Shown here: piece after piece, positions 53,898 through 64,000 of the stretch
Layout of the letters: every line of letters begins with the position of its first letter
How positions within the stretch are numbered: the stretch's first letter is position 1
DNA from: Octopus sinensis
Lineage: Eukaryota
DNA: 64,000 nucleotides
Direction of reading: 5' to 3'
NCBI RefSeq assembly: GCF_006345805.1
Contig: NC_043011.1
Span: 28,904,464 to 28,968,463 of the forward strand
The notes under the pieces: generated by a model
Told to the model about the DNA's origin: nothing
Seen by the model: the letters and a program-made list of their open reading frames with translations, nothing else
Database searches by the model: none
Program-made: the position numbers and the translations under genes

Positions 53898-54171
53898 AAC
53901 TGACTACAATATTACATAGATAAGGTCAATGCTAGAACACCCTCCTCAAACAACTGCACTACAAAACACACACACACACACACACAGGCACATATGTATA
54001 TTTGTATACTGACAGTATACAAATTTTTTTCAAAATAATTATGCTGGCACTCCTCAGATCATATTTAAATTATGTATGCATTATTTGGGAATCATATTGC
54101 TTATATTTCTTTTTTTTTTAAACTTGTTTGCAAGATACTTTATGGGAATTCATGTATTGAAACAAATTTTT

Positions 54172-54369
54172 TTGTGTCTGGGGAAAGTCATTACGTTAAT
54201 ATCATTAACACATGCACTGGTTCAATTCCACTCCTTTATTATTAATCGATTGGTTAACTATCCATCTAACTAATCGATCTGGTTAAACCAATTGACTAAT
54301 AATAAAGGAGTGGGACTGAACCAGCATGTATGTTGATAATATTGGTATAATGACTCTCCCTAGACACAA
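54172..54369. repeat. Fold-back element sharing termini with 48797-49052
   Basis: ttgtgtctggggaaagtcatt...ctggttcaattccactcctttattatta / taataataaaggagtgggactgaaccag...aatgactctccctagacacaa. Confidence 0.85.
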
Positions 54370-54589
54370 CATTGCCATTTATACATAAACTAATATCAAC
54401 TTATATATATATATACATATATAATATCAACTTATATATATATATATATATATACATGTATCAGACATTACATGTCATGCATCTCACATACATGCAAATA
54501 ATCTTTTTTGCTGACAATTTTGAAATAGTTATGTGTGATATCACTTCTCATATCACATGCAATTCATTATAACACATTTGCAGAAAATC

Positions 54590-54672
54590 AGCATGGATAT
54601 CATCACACATGGATATCATCATACAAGGATATCATCACACAAGGATATTATCACACATGGATATCATCACAC
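54590..54672. repeat. 16-bp minisatellite (catggatatcatcaca), ~5 units
   Basis: Direct tandem copies visible. Confidence 0.85.
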
Positions 54673-54929
54673 ATACACATATATGTATACACATATAGAT
54701 ATACATGTGTGTGTATATACATAGATACATATTTGTGTGTGTATATATACATATGTGTGTACATATATACATATATATGCATGCATGTATATGTGTATGT
54801 CTGTATAAATATATATGTGTGTGTATATATATATATATATATTCATGTATATGTATATTGTCATGTGCATATATAGGTATGTGTATGTAAATGCTTCTTT
54901 ATATGTGTCTATGGGCATGTGTGCAGGTG

Positions 54930-54977
<48 letters not shown>

Positions 54978-55337
54978 AAACCAATTGAATTCTTAAGCAA
55001 ATTCATCAAAAATTTTTTAGAGTTAAAATGATTTAAGTTTAGTAATTAATTGAAATATTCTAAAAACTTCACATATTTCATACTTTCATGAAACCAATTT
55101 ACTCATGAAAAGATTTGAACCCCATAAACATGGAATTTTTCATAACTATATTTATACTGAGTTAAAATTGAATTTACTTGATAAAAATAGCAATTCAATT
55201 TCCCTTTTTCTCTTTCCTTTTTCTAGATTTTATCGAGTTAAAATGTAAAGTGTAGAAATTTATGCAAAAATAGCCTTCATTTTTATATCTCAATTTTATC
55301 TAAGTAGATTCAAAGATTATTATTATTATTATTATTA

Positions 55338-55383
<46 letters not shown>

Positions 55384-55384
<1 letters not shown>

Positions 55385-55932
55385 GAGTGAGAGAATAGTG
55401 CATGCCATCAAAGTGACACTGGGGTAAAATATACGAAGCCCAATATACCCATCATGTCTAATAAGGGTACACCAGGTACATGCATCACAACCATATGTGC
55501 ATGACATGGTGATTTCATATCAAGATAAACAGCACATGACCTTGCAAGTGAGACCCAGTTAGAATTTTCTTCAGATCATGCAGCCAATCCCACTCAAAAG
55601 GTAACTGAATAAGGGTCATTTAAGGATGTTGAACAAAATACCCATGTTTCCAAAGGTGAATTATCCAAACCTCCAAAAATTCCTTTCAACACACGGCTAT
55701 GATGCTCTCCTACTACTTCTGCTCATGATCAGAGATGCACATATCGTCAGCCACTAAGGGACATGCTCAACTGGTTACGGTCAAGCAACTGACAAGCAAA
55801 TCTGTGGTATTGAGCAGAATATTTACAGTAGCCCATCTTTTATACCAAGACAAAACAATGTACATGATAACACTTCCAATCAGTTAAGATCAGAAGCCAT
55901 GAGAGCCACTGCCTGGTACTGCATCAGGGCAA
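55384..55932 (-). mobile_element. Unclassified retroposon/LINE 3' fragment ending in (AAT)n
   Basis: Higher-complexity 550-bp block that ends, on the minus strand, in an ...LMACTILSL frame running into (AAT)n. No diagnostic domain recognised. Confidence 0.5.
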
Positions 55933-55972
55933 TTTATTCTCATTATTATTATTATCACATGCCTATAATAGA

Positions 55973-56700
55973 AAGGCGGCCAGCTGGCAGAGTCATTAGC
56001 ATGCTGTATGAAATGCTTAACGGTATTTCACCCACCACTACGTTCTGAGTTCAAATTCCACTGAGGTCAACTTTGCCTTTCATCCCATCGCGGTCAATAA
56101 ATTAAGTACCAGTGAAATTCTGGGATCAATGTAATCAACTAGTCCCCTCCCCCAAAGCTTCAGGCCTTGTGCCTATAACAGAAATTATTATTATATTATT
56201 ATTATTATTATTATTATATTATTATTATTATTATTATTATTATTGCTGCTGTTGTTATTAACACAGTGAGCTAGCAGTATAATTAGCCCACGGGACAAAA
56301 TGCTTAGCAGCATATCATCTATCCTTGCTTTTTGAGTTCAAATTCTGCCAAGGTTGACTTTGCCTTTCATCCTTTCAGGGTCAATAAAATAAGTACGAGT
56401 TGAGTAGTGAGGCTAATTTAATCGACTTACTCCTACCCCGAAACTGCCGACCATGTGCCAAAATTTGAAACCAATATTATTATTATTATTATTATTATCA
56501 TTATTATTGTTGTTGTTATTATTTTATGCTAGCGAAATCATTACTGTATTGGATACAGAGCTTAGTGGCATTTTTTCCAGCTTCATGATCTGAGTTCAAA
56601 TTCTACTGAGGTTGGCTTAGCTTTTCATCTTTTCAGGGTTGATGAAATCGTCTTATCCCCACCCCCAAATTTGCTGGCCTTGTGCCAAAAATTTGAAACT
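55973..56700 (+). mobile_element. Three tandem SINE copies (55973-56185, 56262-56475, 56530-56700)
   Basis: Repeated head/core units separated by (ATT)n. Confidence 0.82.
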
Positions 56701-58190
56701 ATTATCCTCCTCATCATCATCATCATCAGAATTATCACAGTACTGAAAACTGAGTTTTGTGTATACATACATGCCAGATTCTTGACAACAACATATCATT
56801 TATTCTTACCAAAATACTCATTTAACTGCAATCATGCATTGTATGATATATTTTTGCTTTAGTTATTTCTGTTCAGAATTAGAATATGTCTTTGCCATTG
56901 TAAAAAAAAAAGTATCGAATATATTAACCAAAGAAAATAAATCAAGGAAAAAAACAAATTAAAAAAAAAAGATGAAAATTTGAATAACATCTGATTAATG
57001 CTTGTTGAAATGTTTTTTACTTTTTAAGGAGGAAGGTCTTATTAATTGTTTTTAAGATTGGTTTCTTCCAACAGCTGGTTATTTCCTCAAATATTTAAAC
57101 AAACCATCTTAGATGTTTTTAACCAAAAATAACTCAGCTAAATATATTGAAACTGTTAGATTAAATTGAAGAGCTAATAGCGAACTGATATCTTATTGGT
57201 GTTTAAATCTTTACAACATGTCAAGAAATGTAAATAGAAACAAGATTATATTCTACATGCAGACTTATGCGGTGAATTGGAAGAGGTGTTAGAGTATTGG
57301 ACAGATTGTCTTATGGTGCTTGGTCTGTCTCTAACTGTGTTCAAATTCCACTGAAGTCAACTTGGCTTTTCAGTTATTTTAAGGGCAATGAAAAAAAAAG
57401 TACCAATCCAATCTGATTGGGGCTGGATTGGCGAAACAGCTAGAGTGTAGGATGGGATGATTAGCAGTATGTGTTCCAGTCCTTTGTGTTCTGATAGCAA
57501 TGCTTGTGATGGCACTGGTAATGAGCTTTATTTGCCACAAGGTGGCAGTATTTCCCCTGGGCAATATTAATAACATAGCGTTGCATACTTGGGAAATTAC
57601 CAGTTTTCTCCATTAAAAAATTCTTTATCCAGATATATGTGCAGATATTTAGTCATCTCTGATTAATAGTAGCCCTGGAAGAAGTTAGACAGTACAAAAC
57701 TAACCTATGAGAATAACTCTATGAGGTCATTTGACGTGTAAAAGATTAAATTTCATGCAAATTACATATTGTTATGTTAAGCAAGAAGAGACACTGGATA
57801 ATGCAGTCATAGATGCATTATGCCGAGGATAAAAATATCAAATGATCATAGCTTAAAAGTCTTTGACCATGATTGCTTATGTTTCATCAAGTTTAACCAG
57901 AACTAAACAACAATAACCAAGTACAGGTAACTTATAACAGGTGCTTACTGCAAGTAAGATCTAGCATTGCTTAGATTTCTAGATTAGTCTATTAATTGGT
58001 TGCCCAAAGGATGTAGTTTACTGGATGGGTCTATTAATTGGTTGATTGGTAAAGCGGAGTATTCTGCCAGCTTGGTCTATAACTTGCTTGGTTGGTGAAA
58101 GTTTGCTCTGCTGTACTTTAATTTCAGAGAACAGAGTAACATTAGAGGTGTTATTATTCAGCATATGCACATACCTACTTCTCTATCTCT

Positions 58191-58282
<92 letters not shown>

Positions 58283-58288
58283 CATACA

Positions 58289-58322
<34 letters not shown>

Positions 58323-58420
58323 CTTACATACATATATATATATACATACACACACACTTCCTTTCTTTCTTTTAATTCTCTGTACATCATTTTGTGTACA
58401 TATGTATGTATGTATATATA

Positions 58421-58630
58421 GTTAATCCAAACATGAAAACACAAAGAGAAAACACAACATCGTGAGGATGTGGAACAAGTATAGTGTTATTGGACGCTCA
58501 GGAAAGGAAAGAAAGGAGGATTTAACATTTCATGCGGAGCTCTTCATCAGAAACATAGAGGAAGGAAAGATCCAAGGAAGGGAAGACGGAGGAAAAAAAT
58601 TGCCAACGATACACACGCAAAACGTATCTA
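58421..58630 (-). mobile_element. Short non-coding element with hammerhead-like core (family 2)
   Basis: Reverse complement of 58520-58554 reads GUUU-CUGAUGA-A-GAGC-UCC-GCAU-GAAA-UGUUA. The core is canonical but stems II and III carry substitutions. The element starts gttaatccaaacatgaaaacac next to TA repeats. Confidence 0.6.
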
Positions 58631-58667
58631 TATATGACAAGCTTTCAGTTTAACTCAATCATATCCA

Positions 58668-58775
58668 CTCAGAAGGTTTTGGTTAGTTTGAGGCTAGAGT
58701 AAAAGATACTTGCTTAAGGTGCCATGTAATTGAACTGAACCTGATACAATGTGATTTGGAATTGAACTTCTCAAC
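58668..58775 (-). mobile_element. Degenerate tRNA/CORE-like SINE head
   Basis: ccactcagaagg...gatacttgcttaaggtgccatg...actgaacctgatacaatgtg. Confidence 0.6.
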
Positions 58776-59040
58776 TTCTTACCCACATTGCATGCATTTA
58801 TCATCATCATTTCATCCTCATTTAACATCTGTTTTCCATGCTGGCATGAGTTGGTTGGTTTGACAAGAGTTAGAAAGCCAGAAGATTGCACCAGGTTTCA
58901 CTGTCTGTTTTGGCATGGTTTATACAGCTGGATGGACCTTCCTAATGTCAACCACTTTACAAAATGGACTGAGTGCTTTTTATGAGGTACCAGCAACAAA
59001 GAAGCCAGATGTGGCATGGTTTTTACAGTTGGGTTCCCTT

Positions 59041-59092
<52 letters not shown>

Positions 59093-59706
59093 GACCGATA
59101 CAATAATAACGGAATTTTTTTTAGAAATTTCTGTTGGCTTACTTCGAGACGTGTGCTTATAGTGATAAATTATATAGTTATTGATGATTTGTCTATTTTC
59201 GGCATATTTGGCATTAGAATTTTTTCTTTTGCCCTTGTTTATAAGTTGTGTATATATATATATATATATATATCAACACTCTAAAACACAAACAGGCAAA
59301 TTGAACTAGGAGCACTGACAGCCAGTAAACAACACTACCAATTCACCATATGCATAAGTATTGTGTATGCACGTGTGTACACGCACACACATGCACATGT
59401 ATAGAGAGAGAAAGGGAGAGAGAGATAGAAAGACAGAACATACATGTGCATATATGTGCATGTATGGATGTATATATGGGTGTATATATGTATAAGAATA
59501 TATATATATATATATATATATATTATGTATGTATGTGTGTTTGTATGCATGTATACCTATCTCCTTTCTCTTTCACAACAGCTAAATATTAAGGCCATAA
59601 CAGATGCAAAATCAATGGTAACTTTCTAACCAGATCCAACCAATAACTACATTGAATATAAACAAACATATATATATGTGTGTGTGTGTGTGTATATGAA
59701 TGTATG

Positions 59707-59767
<61 letters not shown>

Positions 59768-60751
59768 CGAAGCCCTTACAAGAATACATATAGCATTCAT
59801 ATATATGTAATGAGAAAGAGGTTTGCCTTTTCACATATGTGTACAGACATATACAGACACACACATGCTCATACCAATATATGCACACACACACACCACA
59901 ACACACACACACACAAGCAAACAGATGTGCATGCACACCCACTCTACATTTAAATGGACGAAATAGAAGCTTGCCTCTATTTTATCCACTGCCCATTAAC
60001 CAATCTTTGGCTAATTAAAATGGGAAATTAATTTAGCTTTCACTTCTATTATAACATTGAAATCATTGTAGGTCTTGCATCAAGTTAATTATATTATATA
60101 TACGGAAAGTTAATAATTACGTAGAATGTCACTAATTATACGTATAAAAGTTTACTATATCAATTTGAAAATTAATATAAAAATGTTACTAATTATGAAG
60201 TAAAATGTGAGAAACATAATCCTGATGAAATAGAACAGTGACAAATTGTTTTGGCTGTTTCTTTAATGTGGCTTTAATTATATTAGAAACGCATCTAATT
60301 GGAAAAGTGAGACTAATTATATAAAATTAATTAACTTATATTTTTTGTTTGAATTATTCTTATTCATTTTTATTTTAGATCTGTTTTATTTTTAAATATT
60401 TTGCATTTTTGCGCGGGTTTTTGTTTTTTTAGTGAGATCAGCTTTTTCCTTAAAGCCCTCAGAAAGAAAGTGTTGTTTAATAATTACAGTAAAAAGAAAA
60501 CAATTAAATGCGGACAATAGGTAGAAGACATGTTGTTTGAGAGGGCTGGCTACATGGCAGAATATTGCAATTGTTATAATGAAAATATTATATATATATA
60601 TATAATATATAGATGTATACATATATATGCATGTATGTGTGTATATATATATATATCAATCAAAGAATGAGTAATATGTATCTATATATATATATGTATA
60701 TATACATATATATACAAGTTATGTTCAGATATATACACTATTACATGTACA

Positions 60752-60763
60752 TTACACATAAAC

Positions 60764-60809
<46 letters not shown>

Positions 60810-60884
60810 ACATATACACACATAAATGCATTATATATAAATGTATGTATACATATATATATATAAATATACATGCATATATAT

Positions 60885-60916
<32 letters not shown>

Positions 60917-61181
60917 ATATAAATATACATACATATATATATATATATATAAATATATGTATATAAATATATATATATATAAATATACATACATATATAT
61001 ATAAATATATGTATATAAATATATATATATAAATATACATACATATATATATAAATATATGTATATAAATATATATATATATACATAAATATATGTATAT
61101 AAATATATATACACACATATATATATAAATATATACACATATATATATATATATAATACATATATATATAAATATATACAC

Positions 61182-61240
<59 letters not shown>

Positions 61241-61400
61241 CATATATATATACATATAATATACATACATATATATATATCAAGATATGTATATGAATAT
61301 ATATACATATATATATATAAATATATATATAAATATATATACATATATATATATACATATATATATATACATAAATATATATACATATATATACATATAT
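60752..61400. repeat. Long compound (TA)/(TACA)/(TAAA) microsatellite block
   Basis: About 650 bp of near-pure A/T with interspersed C/G; source of the long IYIY ORFs. Confidence 0.95.
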
Positions 61401-61800
61401 GTATACATACTTACAAATACAAACATCTTCACACACAGACACACATACACATATATTGATTTTGACTTTTTATTGCAAAATGTGAGGCTATATCATTTGC
61501 TTGATTTATTTTGAACTTATAATAGGACTTTTGAAATTATATTTAAAAGAATATTAAGTGCGTGTGTGTGTGTGTGTGTATGTGTGTGGGTTGGTTGGTT
61601 GGTTGGATGGTTGTTGTGTGTGTGTGTGTGTGTGCACAGATATATATATGTACACACACACATACACATATATATACATACATATATATATATATATATA
61701 TGTGTGTGTATACATATATATTTCTGTATATATATAATATATATATTATATATATATATATATACATATATATATGTATGTACATACAAACATACATGCA

Positions 61801-61854
<54 letters not shown>

Positions 61855-62271
61855 TATGTGAGGAGCCTGTGAAACTTGAAGTAGCATGGAACCAAATCAA
61901 ACTGTTTTGAATAAATGTGTATGTGTATATATATATATATATATTCACATGCACACACACACACACATATTGCAAGTATTTCTGTATATCCAAAGCTTGC
62001 CTTGTGGGGGTTTTTGTGTCATACTGTGATTATATTTCGGTTCATTTTTGTTTGTTTGTTTTATTGGGTCTTTTTTTTTTATTGAATCTATATTTTCATT
62101 TCATTTTCTATTTCTTCTTTTCATTCTTGTTTTGTATTTTTGGAGGCTTTCTGAGTATAAAAGTTGTATTTAATGTACTTTTGTCACTGTCAAATAATAA
62201 ATTCATATTACAAATATAACCAACCTAAATACTGTGTTCGGTTGTTGTTTTTTTCTTTTTCATTATCTTCT

Positions 62272-62490
62272 ATATTTTTTTCTTTTATTTGTTTCAGTCA
62301 TTAGACTGTGGCAATGCTGGAGCACCACCCTGCAGAATATTTAGTCAAATTAATTGCACCCAGTATTTATTATATTTTTCTAAAGCCTTGTGCTTATTTT
62401 ATCAGTCCCTTTTACTGAACCACTAAGCTACAGGGATGTAAACACACCAACACTGGTTGTCAAGCGGTGGTGGGGACAAACACACACACA
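62272..62490 (-). mobile_element. 3' module of the same SINE family
   Basis: ttgtttcagtcattagactgtgg...tgctggagcaccacc...gttgtcaagcggtggtggggacaaac, followed by microsatellite. Confidence 0.8.
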
Positions 62491-62536
62491 CATAGATATA
62501 CATATACATACACACACACACACACATATATGTATG

Positions 62537-62617
<81 letters not shown>

Positions 62618-62788
62618 GTATATGTATATATACAGGCATACATACATACAGACATACATACATACATACATGTATTACATGGAAAAATGTGAGCATGAAA
62701 AGTAATATTCTTAAGATTATAAACCTGGAAAAGTACAGGAGAAGTTATTACACCTGTAAAAGTATAGGACAAGCTATTACTTCTAGTG

Positions 62789-63103
62789 TGCAGGTGCAAT
62801 GGCCCAGTGGTTAAGGTAGCGGACTCGCAGTCGGAGGATCGCGGTTTCGATACCCAGACCAGGTGTTGTGTGTGTTTATTGAGCGAAAACACCTAAAGCT
62901 CCACGAGGCTCCAGCAGGAGGTGGTGGTGACCCCTGTTGTACTCTTTCACCCCAACTTTCTCTCACTCTTTCTTCCTGTTTCTTGAGTAACACTGCAATG
63001 GACTGGCGTCCCGTCCATCTGGGGGGGACACATAAGTCACAGAAACTGGGAAACCAGGCTCATGATCCTGGCTAGGCTTGTAAAGGGTGCATAAAAATAA
63101 AAG
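62789..63103 (+). mobile_element. tRNA-derived SINE with a V-SINE-like internal motif
   Basis: A-box tggcccagtgg, B-box ggtttcgataccc, internal gcaatggactggcgtcccgtcca, A-rich end. Confidence 0.8.
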
Positions 63104-63597
63104 ATTGCTTCTAGTAAAGTAAAGAATAAGAAACTTTTAACTTAAAATATTGCAGCAAAGAATGCCAGTTCTTCTAATTTATCACTCTTTACAGTTCTCG
63201 TGTTTTAAATTTATTGTACAAAACTGTTCAGCTAATTTGTAAGTTAGTCTAATTAGTCACTTTTTTCTGTATTTAAGGTAGTAAATTAGCCAAATTCTAC
63301 TTAAATAAGTATAGTGTTATTTGTAAACTATAATAAAATAATTTTAATATTCAAATTTTAATTTAAGCTGCAATATTTTAAGTAAAAAGTTTCTTATTCT
63401 TTACTTTACTAGAAGTAATAGCTTGTCCATACTCTGTAACTTCTGACGAAATAACTTCTAAAATACAAAATTTTGTCAAAAACGTTAAAAGTAAACTCTG
63501 TTCTATGTGACACATTCTACCAGTATCGGAAGTTTGAAAGTGCTTAGTTAAAAAAAATTAATTAAGTAATCTGTATGTCTAATTGAAAAGATCCAAA

Positions 63598-63891
63598 ATG
63601 GATGAAAGGCAAAGTTGACCTAGGCAGAATTTGAACTCAGAACGTAAAGACAGACAAAATACCACTTCTAAAATACAAAATTTTGTCAAAAACATAAAGA
63701 GTAAACCATGTTTTATGTGATACAGTCTACCAGTATCAGAAGTTGAAAGTGTTTAGTTAAAAAAAATTAGTTAAATAATCTGTACATCAAAGTCGACCTC
63801 GGCGAAACTTGAACTCAAAACACAAAGAAAGCAGGAATACCACTAAGCATTTTGCCTGGCAAGTTAACGTTTCTGCCAGCTCACCACCTTA
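63598..63891 (-). mobile_element. SINE split by a local tandem duplication
   Basis: SINE pieces at 63598-63664 and 63788-63891 alternate with a duplicated ~130-bp unique block. Confidence 0.75.
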
Positions 63892-64000
63892 GAATGTAAG
63901 CATTCATTTTAGAAATATATTCTTTATTCTTATTGCTTAAGCGTTACTCCCTTACTTACTGACATTAAATTTCATAACATTTGACTTCATAACTGTTTTT

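Overview
This is AT-rich, repeat-saturated eukaryotic DNA. The repeat families resemble those I recall from Octopus/cephalopod genomes; that is an inference and no search was run. No intact protein-coding gene is visible, and nearly all ORFs in the track are translations of (TA)n, (CA)n, (AAT)n, (ATAC)n and (GATA)n microsatellites. The main content is transposon-derived. The largest element is a ~4.3 kb 5'-truncated Penelope-like element (PLE) on the minus strand (43871-48153). It carries a reverse transcriptase (YRDD), a CxC linker, a C-terminal GIY-YIG endonuclease, and a type I hammerhead ribozyme near its 3' end (43984-44061). Two families of short non-coding elements sitting in (TA)n also carry minimal hammerhead-like cores (retrozyme- or solo pseudo-LTR-like). 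Other content: an internally deleted mariner with both TIRs; 3' fragments of RTE, CR1/L2 and restriction-like-endonuclease LINEs; more than 25 tRNA-derived SINE copies from several families, including a nested insertion and a dimer with clean TSDs; piggyBac- and hAT-like MITEs; and several long fold-back hairpins. A pair of homologous segments resembling terminal exons (21725, 30840) is the only hint of a host gene and may instead be old LINE tails.
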